Origin: Octopus bimaculoides
Lineage: Eukaryota
NCBI RefSeq assembly: GCF_001194135.2
Contig: NC_068993.1
Span: 5,344,723 to 5,408,722, forward strand
Direction of reading: 5' to 3'
DNA length: 64,000 nucleotides
In this document: positions 1 through 12,233 of the stretch, piece by piece
How the letters are laid out: the number at the start of each line of letters is the position of its first letter
Position numbering within the stretch: the stretch's first letter is position 1
Notes under the pieces: model-generated
Told to the model about the DNA's origin: nothing
Databases searched by the model: none
What the model saw: only the letters and a program-made list of their open reading frames with translations
Program-made: the position numbers and the translations under genes

Positions 1-123
1 ACAATTTATGTTCCTAACACTAGCTTAATGATAACTAAGTTATTTTACTAAATTCTTTATGTTTGAAATTAATTGAGAAAAAAAAACACAGAGCATCTCA
101 ACAGAAATATGGTAACAAAAGGG
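1..123 (+). mobile_element. 3' part of a piggyBac-like MITE (same family as 23262-23483)
   Basis: Closely similar to 23363-23483; ends CAAAAGGG followed by TTAA (124-127), the piggyBac target duplication. Confidence 0.7.
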
Positions 124-513
124 TTAAAACTGTAATTTTATATCATAGAACTCGGGAATGTCTCAGGCAGGTTTGGTACTAAAAGAGTTAAAGTTATCAA
201 TTTCAAACAAAGAATGCCTATGAACCAAGAATTTATAGTATCACCTGGTCTTTTCCACCAACTCATGAAAGCAATTTAAATTAATATTTTAAATGAGGCC
301 AGTGATATGAGGCAATAGATACTATCTGTTTATTAAATCAAATGATATTCCAGACCCTTGAGATATAAATAAGGGGAAAAATGAAGAAATCTATTTAACT
401 TGTCAGAATTTATTTACCTTTTTAATGAACTACAAAGAAGCTGTTAAAATTGAAATGAGATTTTCTGAAATAAATTGACTGAAATATATAACATTCATAT
501 TGATTGACTAAAA

Positions 514-588
<75 letters not shown>

Positions 589-1830
589 ATTCTTTCTTTC
601 TTTCTGTCTATGTATCGACCTATCTATTTACTTGTCTCTCTAATTACATAGACAGATAGTGTGTGTGAGAGAGACAGAGACAGAGACAGTGACAGACAGA
701 CAGACAGACAGAACCATTCATTCTTATACACATGCATGTATACATACATGTACCACCCATGTTGAGAACCTCTGAATTTTATACATAAACACTACGGAGT
801 ATTCTGTGAGTTTCCTATCTGTTCCTTCATACTAACTTAATATAGAAACACCCACAGAGTATCTTGGGGAGTTTCTTATCCTTCCATTCATTCGAACTCA
901 TTGTATTCTGGAATTATACAATATTTATCATTTCCACTTTACATCTTGTTTTAAATTTCAAATCTGCTATCTTGACAATTGAGTGATTTCTTTGATAACT
1001 CTGAAATTAACCATGTCTTCTGCTACTGTTGTATTGAAGGAAAACCTCTTCCTTTCTTTCCCCATTAGTACCAGACTATTTCTATCCCTCAACAACTGAC
1101 AGCTGGGTGTTTGTTTTACCAAAAATAAATGCCAATCAACTGATAACAACAACAAAAAAACACTATTATCTATTAACAGTAAAATAACTTGTTTATTTGT
1201 CCAATACAGTTTGCTCCAGTATAATATAAACAAATCAAGCGAATGACCCTTTCCTTTTGCTATCCCTATTATCCCTGCTTAGAGTTAGGAGGGTAGGTGG
1301 AGCCTACCTATCTGTCTGTCCAAAAGCTAGTTGGCCCTTTCCTTCTCTAATGACATTGAAAGCTTGGCCGTATTTTGCTTTGCTTTACTTTTATGGTGAA
1401 CTTCCTTCCTGTATAACTTAATTGGATCTTTACAAAAACAAAACAAGAAATCGAGTTTGGTTGTCATTAATTCTGGGGATTTCAACCTCCCCACAGTAGT
1501 GTGAAAGGAATAGAAATAAAATGCCCACCCACTGTTCTGTGAATACCAGGAGGGGGGAGGGTCTTCCAACCTAAGGGACATTTCACAGACCCTGTTTCCT
1601 TTTCACCTTCTTATTCCATTCTCCTTCTCCTTGGCTTCGTTGTTATTATCTTTTATTATTTTTATGTTAAAGTATTTTATTTTTATTTTCATTTTATTTA
1701 CTCTTCTCATTTACACTCTAGAACACTTTTAAACAAACTGTAAACCAGAAAGGGTTGTTTTTTTTGTGGTTTTGACTAAGAAATCTGAACCATTGTCAAA
1801 ACCCGTCCATTTTGTTATTCATCAACACTT

Positions 1831-1998
1831 GAAGGGATCCAGGTGGAGCGTGGAAGAGGAGAGCATGGAATCAGGAGAGCCAAGGTGATAGAATAAACCT
1901 TTTCTTAGAAAATCTTTGAATTAAATTAATATGGGAATGTGTAGAGAATCACTATGACAACTTAATTTACTCTCCTTGGATTGCACACACACACACAC

Positions 1999-2039
<41 letters not shown>

Positions 2040-2217
2040 NNNNNNNNNNGAAGGGATCCAGGTGGAGCGTGGAAGAGGAGAGCATGGAATCAGGAGAGCC
2101 AAGGTGATAGAATAAACCTTTTCTTAGAAAATCTTTGAATTAAATTAATATGGGAATGTGTAGAGAATCACTATGACAACTTAATTTACTCTCCTTGGAT
2201 TGCACACACACACACAC

Positions 2218-2267
<50 letters not shown>
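1831..2267. other. Duplicated ~200-bp sequence on both sides of a 10-N gap (assembly overlap artefact)
   Basis: 1831-2039 recurs essentially identically from 2050, separated only by N 2040-2049. Confidence 0.85.
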
Positions 2268-2268
<1 letters not shown>

Positions 2269-3131
2269 TGCACATACCACATATACATATACCTATGCAT
2301 TCACACATACACATATACACAAGAAAATCAGTCAATATTGGTAATTAATTTGAGGAACATGAATCTATTTCTAATTGGGTTGATAGAATTTTATGATCAT
2401 CATCCTCTTAACATTCACCTTTCCATGTTCAGAGGAATCAGATGAGAGTATGCACCTCCACATACACAAACATATATCTATAATATGGTCACTTTTCCCC
2501 AATGCACCATGTTGCAGGACTGAACCTGAAACCCAGCGGTTAACAAACTGAACTTCTTAACCAAATTCAATATATCAAGTGCTGCAAGTAACTTAGCTGT
2601 TAGTTCCACCAACTATGCTATGAAAACTATTGTGTTATTGTTGTTGTTGGAGGTGGTGTTGATGATGGTGGTGGTGGTGATAATCTGGTTTTCCAGTCTA
2701 CTTGATGAGGAAACTAGTGCTGATGTAATAATAATTTATGTAACATGAAGAACTTTTGTTTTAAATCATGAAAACCATAAATTTTTAAGGAAATCTGCTT
2801 TCAGCAAATATATATATATACACACACACACACATATATATATGTATATATNNNNNNNNNNNNNNNNNNNNNNNNNNNNNNNNNNNNNNNNNNNNNNNNN
2901 NNNNNNNNNNNNNNNNNNNNNNNNNNNNNNNNNNNNNNNNNNNNNNNNNNNNNNNNNNNNNNNNNNNNNNNNNNNNNNNNNNNNNNNNNNNNNNNNNNNN
3001 NNNNNNNNNNNNNNNNNNNNNNNNNNNNNNNNNNNNNNNNNNNNNNNNNNNNNNNNNNNNNNNNNNNNNNNNNNNNNNATATATATTTTATATACATATA
3101 TTATATTGTATTTATATATATATATATATAT

Positions 3132-3184
<53 letters not shown>

Positions 3185-3589
3185 CATGTACGTATGTATG
3201 TTTGCATATATATACATCAGAGGAGGATAATAATCTCGAAACTTATATTTTTTTCAACAACGTTAATGCTCTTTACAACTCTTAAACATGTCTTGAAGCT
3301 CATTAAAATCTTGAAATAGAAATTCTGCATATAATAATAATAATAACAACAACAACACAAAGAAAGAAAGAAAGAAAGAAAGGAAGGAAGGAAGGAATGG
3401 AATGGAATGGAATCGTCATACTTTAAAATAACTGATATTGAATTTGTTTATATCTTGCACTGTAAATAGAATGTAAAAATATTTCTATTAACGACCATGT
3501 GTCTAATATCAAAGGAATTAAATTCACTTCTATCCTAAAATTCACTTTCTTGTGAGCCGTCCTATTTATTTATTATGCTTTATCATAGT

Positions 3590-3945
3590 CATAATCACCC
3601 ATTCTCCCCCTCCTCATCCCCTTCATCCCCTTCATCCCCTTCATCCACTTCATCCTCTTCATCTTCATCTTCATCATCAACATCACTATCAGCATCATTA
3701 TTCTCCTCATTTTCATCCTGTATGAAATTTCATCATTATTGTCATTGTCGTTGTTGTCATCATCATCATCATCATCATCATTGTCATCGTCATCATCATT
3801 ATCATCATCGTCGTCATCATCACTGTTATCATCATTGTCATCACCATCGCCATCATCATCGTCATCATCACCATCACCATCATCATTCTCATCATCATCA
3901 TCATCATGATCGCCATCATCCTCATCATCATCTTTATGATCATCG
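3590..3945. repeat. Degenerate (CAT/TCA)n microsatellite; expanded tail of a - strand RTE-tailed SINE fragment at ~3945-4055
   Basis: Continuous CAT-type triplets abutting ...ttaacattcacctttccatg... and ...atagctggatgctcttcctg..., motifs shared with the other SINE-D copies. Confidence 0.75.
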
Positions 3946-4130
3946 TCCTCTTAACATTCACCTTTCCATGTTTAGAGGAATCAGATGAGAGTATGTTAAA
4001 GCAGAGTTGTTTTATAGCTGGATGCTCTTCCTGTCACCAACCCCCAACCAGTTTATTGATCAATCACCAGCCCAGACGTGTTTTATACAAGAAAGAAATA
4101 ACATTCATGATTTTGTCCAATAGGCAGGAA

Positions 4131-4265
4131 CTATTCGAGGTCGATTTTGCCTTTCATTCTTTCAAGGTCGATAAATTAAGTACCAATTGCATAGTGGGAT
4201 TGATCTAACTGACTGGTCCCTTCCCCAAAAATGTCAGGCCTTGTACCCATAGTAGAAAGGAAAGG
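4131..4265 (+). mobile_element. SINE family A, 5'-truncated copy with (ATT)n tail
   Basis: gaggtcgattttgcctttcat...gtcgataaattaagtacc...aggccttgtacccatagtagaaagg, about 78% identical to the reverse complement of 12016-12150. Confidence 0.85.
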
Positions 4266-5382
4266 ATTATTATTATTATCATCATCATTATTATTTTCTC
4301 TATTCATTAAATGTTTAGTTGCTGGCATCAAAGTCATTTTTTCCTCCCTACCTCCTGGCTTCATTGATCCCTGTCTTAACCAAATTTTGAAACTTGTTAA
4401 TTAATATATATTAGATTTATTTATTAATTTGCTTATTAATTCATTGATTTATTTATATAACATAATGATTTAATCATTTAATGTTTAAAATATTTCATAC
4501 ATAAATGAAACACGCACAAATACGTCTTTAGAGGCTTTACACCAAAATGACAGGCATTTATACTTTCATCAAAAGCGTCCAAACCACTCTTTTATGATTT
4601 TTTATGTTTTTTTTTTCTTTTTGTTTTTGGCTTCATTTTTCTTTTTGTTTGTTTTCACGCTGGAGATTTTTTCCTAGAAATTTGTGCATCTCATTATTTT
4701 TCAAGTCTTAGCTATTATATTCTCAACACTATAATGTCCTCTATTAAAATTCTTTTCACTCTTCATTTTATTTCCTGTGTTAACAATAATAGAAAACAAT
4801 AGACATCTGATAAAACTGTCCAACAGGAAACTTTGAAACTTAATTCAGTATAAAGTAGATTTATCATGACTTTCTTATTTTTGCAGAATATTTCTCTATA
4901 GCTGTTAACAAAGTATTATATTTCAATAAAGTGTGAGGTGGAAGGGCAGGGGGAAGACGGCAAAGAAACCTGTTTGCTCTGATTAATTTCGTTTAAATTC
5001 TATGAAATATCAAGAGTAAAATATTCTCCAGAAACTTTATATAAATATTTCAACCGTTTCTTTTTTATTTTTCTTGTTTATTAAACTTCGTCATGTTCTA
5101 TTGTAATATTATTTCAACTTTAAACATCAAAATGGGAGAATGTCTTTATATTTAGTTTCAAAATATATTTAATTTAGAAATAATTGAGAACAAAAAAAAA
5201 AATAATGCAGATTGTTTCTGAAGTATTCTTTAATGTATTTCATCTCACAAATGATTTTTAGCTTAATCTGTTTATGATTTAGAAAAAGAAAAGAAAAAAA
5301 AATAATAATAAATAAATAAAAAGAGACAAGTAATGGAAAAGTTTATTTGTAACATATCGAATTGAAAAAGAAGAATTATTTC

Positions 5383-5503
5383 ATAATCATCACCATCATC
5401 ATCATCATTGCCATCATCATCGTCGTCTTCATAATTATCATCTTCATAGTCATCATCATCATCCCTGTCATCATCATCATCCCTGTCATCATCATTATCC
5501 CTG

Positions 5504-5536
<33 letters not shown>

Positions 5537-5620
5537 CCATTTAACGTGTTTCCCATACTGGCAAGGGTCGGACAACTTGACGGGATCCAACAAGCCAGAG
5601 GGCTGCATTAAGCTCCATTT
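5383..5620 (-). mobile_element. RTE-tailed SINE (family D) 3' fragment plus expanded (GAT)n tail
   Basis: catcat...catttaacgtgtttcccatactggcaagggtcggac matches the reverse complement of the 3' end at 45190-45250. Confidence 0.75.
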
Positions 5621-5842
5621 CCATAATTTGAAAATAAAGATATTGTGTTTATTCAACAGTCTTAACATGCTCTGACAGATTTGAATGTGCAGACTGGATT
5701 TCTTTCTTTCTTATCTGTATTTATTTGTCATTGGAGAACATCTACCCCCTTGAGGGAAATGTGTTTCCATAAAAGACACTTTGCAACACTGCAGTGTTTC
5801 GTCCTCATTGTATGTCTCCTTTATCAAAGCTCCTCCCTTGAA

Positions 5843-5897
5843 CCAATGAATCTAACAAGAGCATGAGCTCTCGTGCATAGGAATCAAGCTCATGCTC
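5843..5897 (+). promoter_or_regulatory. Candidate cis-element: CCAAT box followed by an 11-bp perfect inverted repeat
   Basis: CCAAT at 5843-5847; GAGCATGAGCT (5859-5869) and AGCTCATGCTC (5887-5897); ~700 bp upstream of the 6577 acceptor. Function unproven. Confidence 0.25.
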
Positions 5898-6549
5898 CTG
5901 TTAAATTCATTAGTCCAGGAGGTTATGATACAAAGTTATTTTCTAAATTCTTTATCATTTTCAAAATTAATTGAAACAAAAACAATGTATTTCAAAAGAA
6001 ACTTGGTATCGAAAGGGATTCAATATAGAATTACATGTTTTGTCCAAAAGCTAAACAGTCCAGCAGTTTATTTCCTGGACAAATATCCCACCCACTTGTT
6101 TTACTGTTGTCGATCATAACAGAATAATCAGAGATGAGTAAAATTAATCCGTCTGTCTAGAAGAAAATTGTATTTAGCCAAATACAGTGAAATAGTTACC
6201 AAATCCTAAGGAAGTATCTAGGATATTTTACGATTTTACAAATGAGCTCTCTAGCTTTCTAGAATTACAAAATTCCCTTCGTCTTGTGGAATGTGAGATT
6301 ACCAGCTCTGATAACCACACAAGGAGGCAGTACTTAATTTATTAAGTCCTCATTGGATGATATTTCAGAAAGAGGTTGTTTAGTTGTATTCTACTCTCTT
6401 CTCAACACTAAACACATTTTTAGTCTCAAACCAAATGTTAGAAATCATGAAATTTTTTTTATCATTTATTGATCATTATTTGATAAAACTTGATAAACTT
6501 ATTTTATTTGAAACTTATTGTAACTATTTACTTTTTCTTTACTCAACTT

Positions 6550-6577
6550 ATTATTTTTTTTTTCTATTTCTTTCCAG
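6550..6577 (+). promoter_or_regulatory. Splice acceptor opening the large protocadherin exon (5' UTR part 6578-6721)
   Basis: Long pyrimidine tract ttattttttttttctatttctttcCAG ending at 6577, 144 nt before the ATG. Confidence 0.75.
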
Positions 6578-6721
6578 AGTTTGATGAACTCTTTGGCTCA
6601 TGGATCAAGGAAGTTTGAACAATACCACTGGCTCTTCTATTTTTCTTTGTCATTGTGCGCAAAGTGAAACCTTTTCTTTGCGATAATACAACAAAATATC
6701 ATCACTATCATTTTTATCTAT

Positions 6722-9397
6722 ATGTGCAATAATATGTCTGTTAAGTTCATCTCCTTTTCCCTCATTTTCTGGGGCCTACAGTTGTTTGCTTCAGCATTAC
6801 GTGAGTTAAATTTTCATGTTTTAGAAGAAACCGCCGAAGGCACATATGTTGGAAATGTTGCCAAAGCTTTTACTCGCCCCACGCATGGTGACTACTTGTT
6901 CAAATTTCTAACGCAAGGGAACCAATACACAAACCTTTTCCATATTGGGACAAACTCAGGTATTATAACTACTGCTGTACCGATTGATCGAGAACATATC
7001 TGTGATAATGATATTGGGGGTCACACCTGTATTGTAACTGTGAGTGTCGCCGTACAGTCTTCATCCGATCCACGTTTTCTTGATATGATGAATATAAAAA
7101 TAAATATCGATGACATAAATGATAATGCCCCATTATTTGATAAAGATGAAATTGCTCTTGAAATCAGTGAATCAACTCCTGCTAATACGAAATTCCCAAT
7201 TGAGGACGCCTATGACTTAGATACAGGAATCGACAATTCCATTAAATACTATATACTTTTAAACGATCGAGATAAGTTTACATTACTTCAAGAGAATGGC
7301 TTTTTAGATGGCTTGCAGTTGAAACAGAAATTAGACCATGAAGAACAGGACTTTTACCAGTTAGTTATTGTAGCCAAAGATAATGGCACTCCTCAAAGAA
7401 GTGGTAATGTAGTTGTAAATATAACTGTACTTGACGCTAATGATAATGCCCCTAAGTTTGATAAAAAATCTTATACTGTTTATATACATGAAAATCGCTC
7501 CATATTATCGACAATTCTTACATTACACGCTGAAGACTTAGATTCAGGTCCAAATGGCCAAGTAGGATATAAACTTCATCACAGAACATCTTCGAAAATT
7601 AAAGAAATTTTTGATGTTAATCAAACAACAGGAGAAATTCATCTAATTAGCAGAGTTGATTATGAAGATAGACCTAGATATTCCTTCAATGTCATAGCTT
7701 ATGATCACGGTGCTATCGTCCAGTCATCAACTGCTTCAGTCAATGTCTATGTAGTTGATGTGAATGATAATAAACCTGAAATAATAATCAATCTCCTGTC
7801 ACTTGGTTATGCGGCTAATGTGTCTGAGTCTGCATCCAAGGGTAAGTTTATTGCCCACGTATCAATTAACGATCGAGATCAAGACCAAAATGGAAATGTC
7901 AGTTGTTCTGTCAATGATCACCATTTCAGTCTGCAGATATTTTCTATTAAAACCTATAAAGTTGTTGTTGCAAAACCTCTAGACTTTGAAAAGACCTCCG
8001 TTCACAATGTGAGCATCCGATGTCATGACCATGGTACCCCACAGCTTCACAGCGAGAAAAGTTTTTTAGTCATTGTCGCAGATAAAAATGACAATCCACC
8101 AGTATTTGAACAAACTTTGATCAAAACCCCAATTACAGAGAATAATAATTTTCATGATTATGTAACGAAAGTCACTGCCAAGGATAACGATACTGGAATC
8201 AATTCAGAGATACATTACGAACTTCATCACGATGCTCACTCTTGGTTTAACATTGACCATCGGACTGGTGTTATAACTGCGAATAAACAATTTGATAGAG
8301 AACAAAATGCTGAGATTAAATTCAGAGTTTTAGCAATAGATTCTGGTAGTCCTCCTCTTACAGGAACTGCCACTGTTCATTTAAATATTCTAGATATTAA
8401 TGATGAAGCACCCCAGTTCAAAAGAGGGTATTACAAATTTCACGTGAAGGAAGACCAAGAACCATTTACGTTTATTGGGAGAGTTGATGCTCAAGATTTA
8501 GATCATGGAGAAAATGGTCGGATTAGGTATTGGATTTCAAAGAACTATGAAGCTCCTCAACTTTTTATGGTCACTGATGGTGTTTTAAAGACTAAAGCCA
8601 GATTAAGCCGCATGAAAGGTCAGAGATATGACTTTCTTGTTGTTGCCGCTGACCATGGCAAAAAACCATTGAGTTCCTCAACAAATGTCACTGTAATTGT
8701 TGATGACGTCAATGATAACTACCCGTATATTATTTACCCATCCGATACCAACAATACCATTTCAGTGATTTACGATATGACTCCAGTTGACCGACCTATT
8801 TCACGAGTGATAGCTCTAGATGATGATGAGGGGGAAAATGCAATGTTATCCTATTTCCTCAAAAGTACCCCTGAAACAGCTGGTCTTTTCAGAATTAACC
8901 ATACTTCTGGGGAAATAATGCTTATTAAAGACAGTGATATAAGAATATTCAGCAAATCCTATAAATTACCAATAGTTGTTAAAGACCATGGGAAGCCACC
9001 AAAAAGTACATCTGCTATTCTAATAGTAATGATGATTTTGAGCAACAGTACAGAGCTTCCTTATGGAAATGGTACTCCCGATGGCGAAAGAAATTTGACA
9101 ATAGTCATTGTCCTTGCTGCTGTGACAGTTGTCCTAGCCACATGCATAGTCATTACAATATGTATAATTAAAAAAGTAGACCAAAATCGGCGCCGCTATC
9201 CTGCAAAGATGCATGAAGATGCTCGACGCAAGTCTGACAGTTCTCCAGATTCGGACCGTCAAAAACACAAAAAGGAGGTCAGCTTTTCCCTTGATGGAGC
9301 AGATCCAACGAGTAAAGGTTCTGCAAATTCACTGGCCAGTAATACGACAGTCAAGAATCCTGGGGCATTCTTTGCTCCAGACCTACCATCTCTTCAA
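6722..9397 (+). CDS. PCDH: Protocadherin, coding exon 1: signal peptide, 7 cadherin repeats (delta1-like count), TM helix, proximal cytoplasmic tail
   Basis: 892 open codons. Linkers DINDNAPLF, DANDNAPKF, DVNDNKPEI, DKNDNPPVF, DINDEAPQF, DVNDNYPYI; DRE/DHE/DYE/DFE and AxDxGxP motifs; C-X8-C in EC1 (7001-7030); TM LTIVIVLAAVTVVLATCIVITICII (9095-9169); strong donor CAA|GTAAGT after 9397, phase 0. Symbol is family-level only. Confidence 0.97.
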
Positions 9398-9742
9398 GTA
9401 AGTTTATATCAACACACTCATACATACAGAAATACATACAGAAACACATGTTTTTCAATTTATGAATCAAGTGTATATTTTCGTTTCTTTTCTATAACCT
9501 AACCCTTATATATTTACTGACATGATTATACTAAACAACATATAATTTTTGTTAAAAAAAAATTAAATTTATCACATATTAAGTTAGTGAAAAATATATC
9601 GCCAACGATTTATATGAAAACCTTTTCTTTCTCACCTTATTTAGCATGCATGAGAGCTCTTGGCTATATTTTGATTGCATCTGATGAAAATACCTGGGAG
9701 TTTCCTTAGAAAATGTGCTTTGATTTGTAAATTAAAAAGAAA

Positions 9743-9783
<41 letters not shown>

Positions 9784-10245
9784 TACATAAATACATACAT
9801 ATATATATGTGTGTCTACATATATATTATATATATACATATATGTGTATGTATTCGCGTATGTATGTGTATGTATATGTATGTATATCTTGTAACAACAG
9901 TGAAATTTTATAAATTTATTAAAAAGAGATTTGAATAGACTTTTAATAAAGCTATCCCTTCTTTAAGCTTTAGAGTTAATATAAATTCCCTAAAATATCA
10001 ATAACAGGAATGTAAAATAAATTTATCAGAAAAAGATGAGCAAATTTAGCAAGTTGAAATTTTAAATTATTATTAAGACATATAATACATACAGGACACA
10101 CACACACACACACACACACACATCCATCTATATGAATACTGCATACATGCGCATGTGTGTGTATGTGTGTGCGGGTATGTGTTGGTACATGCATATTTAT
10201 GATATAGACTTACATCAAATAATTTTATGACGTGCATGTATTCAT

Positions 10246-10320
<75 letters not shown>

Positions 10321-10370
10321 GAGGGAGAGAGAGAGAGGGAGAGATACATGTATATATATGCATATAGATA

Positions 10371-10401
<31 letters not shown>

Positions 10402-11399
10402 GTATACATATATATATATATACATATGTGTGTGTGTGTGTGTGTGTTTGTGCATGTATGTATATATGTTTGTATACATATTTAAGTAAATATACATACC
10501 CATGCACATGAATACACTCACAGAGGATGCGTACATATATAAAGCGAGCGGAATGAAAGTTTATCAAATCCAATAAACTACATGTGTGCGTGCATGTGTG
10601 TGTGTGTGTGTGTGTGTGTGTACATATAACTTTTATCATAAATGAGCTTGAATCAGATCGAATGCATCACCTTGAACACCAACACCACACCATACATCAT
10701 TACCATTCCATGTAGTAAGAGTGGAGCCTTTTGGAAAAAATTATACCTTCCCAACAGATTCTTACCTTTGTTCTTAGTCCAAGATCTTTTGTTAGTTTTG
10801 CATTATCTTCTTCTTTGGTTCCTGCCAACTTTTAGCAATCATTTCTGCCCTTTACTCTCTTCTCCATATTATATAGTGTTTGTCTTCCTATGGTACCATT
10901 ACTTCACTGTTAGTTCAGATAGACACATCACATTCTTTCTAATTCTGGTACAAGGCCATCAATTTTGATGGTTGGGAAGTTGATTACCTTGATCCCAGTG
11001 CTCAACAGGTATTTATTTTAGATACATCATGTTAATAACTTTTCTTATATAATGAGAAAGTTTTCCTCATCAACAAAGTCAAATATTCTAAGTTACTTTC
11101 AATTTTCCATTTTTTTTTTTTTTTTTCGTTTTTGACTTCTGTGATAGTTTTCAAAATATTTCTTCAATGTGGAGTCTATGGCAGCTTTAAGAGGTATCTT
11201 CTCCTGAAATATTTGAATAATACGTAAAAAAAAAAATTCACCCCAAATAAAAGTTTCTAACTCTAATTCAGAGATTGGAACATCTCAGAGACTGGACCAG
11301 GAGTTTCAACAGTTCTAAATACTACTACTTAATTTTGAGCATTCATTAGAATATATAATGAGTAATAGCTTTTTAAAGGTTTCATTAAAGTCTGAACAG

Positions 11400-11600
11400 T
11401 TATATCATCATCTTTATCATCTGTTTTCCATGATGGATTAGGTTGGAGAGTTTGGCAGGATTATCAGATCTGTAAATTACATTCTGTTCCAGCCTCTCAG
11501 TTTTGACTTGATTTCTATGGCTAAATGTTGTTCCTGATACCAACCGCTTCACAGAGTGTAACTGATATATTTTTTTAGTGGCACCTGCACTATAGAAGCT
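11400..11600 (-). mobile_element. Degenerate RTE-tailed SINE (family D)
   Basis: catcatc...tgttttccatgatggattaggttgga...tttctatggctaaatg...accaaccgcttcacagagtgta parallels 53554-53700. Confidence 0.65.
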
Positions 11601-11784
11601 GTCTAGTCCCCAGCAAGACTAAAGAGTTTTCTAAAACCCTTTGGTACCTCTGCTCAGATGGCAAACCACTTTATATAGTACACTGAGTGTGTTACTTTTT
11701 TTAATGCCAACAGCATTCATAAGGTCACCTCGTAACTTACTGTGAAAAAAGCCTCCACCATTGAAAGATAGAATAAAAGAGTGA

Positions 11785-12000
11785 ATCTTTTCTACTCTAA
11801 GCACAAGGCCCAAAATTTGGGGGTAGGGGGTCAGTTAATTAGATCAACCCCAGTATGCAACTGATACTTAATTTATCGACCATGAAAGGATGAAAAGCAA
11901 AGTCGACCTCAGTGGAATTTGAACTCAGAATGTAAAGGCAGACAAAATATTGCTAAGCATTTCGCCCAGCATGCTAACATTTCTGCCAACTCGCCACCTT
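11785..12000 (-). mobile_element. SINE family A (tRNA-derived), near full length
   Basis: Reverse strand reads aaggtggcgagttggcagaaatgttagc...ctgagttcaaattcc (B-box)...gggccttgtgcttagagtagaaaag. Confidence 0.9.
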
Positions 12001-12015
12001 AAAGCTAATATATGT

Positions 12016-12233
12016 ATTCTTTTCTACTCTAGGCACAAGGCCCGAAATTTTGGGGGAGGGGGACAGTCGATTAGATCGACCCCAGTAAGCAACTAGTACT
12101 TAATTTATCGACCCCCAAAAGGATGAAAGGCAAAGTCGGCCTCGATAGAATTTGAATTCAGAACATAAAGACAGACGAAATATCGCTAAGTATTTTACCC
12201 AGTGTGCTAATGTTTCTGCCAGCTTACCACCTT
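12016..12233 (-). mobile_element. SINE family A, second tandem copy
   Basis: Head-to-tail with 11785-12000 and highly similar to it. Confidence 0.9.

Noticed and set aside
787-898. Degenerate ~60-bp direct repeat
   Set aside because: Only two diverged units with no recognisable motif; most likely an old local duplication.
1546-1559. CTCF-like motif CCAGGAGGGGGGAG (analogy to vertebrate Pcdh promoter CTCF sites)
   Set aside because: Two mismatches to the core at informative positions; expected by chance in a G-rich patch.
967-1581. - strand ORFs of 88 and 84 aa
   Set aside because: No domain similarity, non-ATG starts, composition typical of AT-rich non-coding DNA.
1831-2267. Apparent 200-bp tandem duplication
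   Set aside because: Identical copies flank a 10-N gap; assembly overlap artefact. The same applies to 55274-55320 versus 55443-55490.
3575-3988. Poly-Ser/poly-His 137-aa ORF
   Set aside because: Translation of a (CAT)n SINE tail. The same holds for the poly-D, poly-L, poly-N, (YI)n and (HT)n ORFs and the X-filled gap ORFs throughout the track.
2394-3990. ~60-bp sequence present twice (2394-2452 and 3935-3993, 2 mismatches)
   Set aside because: Part of a SINE-D fragment, locally duplicated or mis-assembled near gaps; no sign of function.
9645-9653. UGCAUG (Rbfox) site downstream of the exon-1 donor
   Set aside because: TGCATG occurs many times in this window inside TG/CA microsatellite junctions; a single copy is uninformative.
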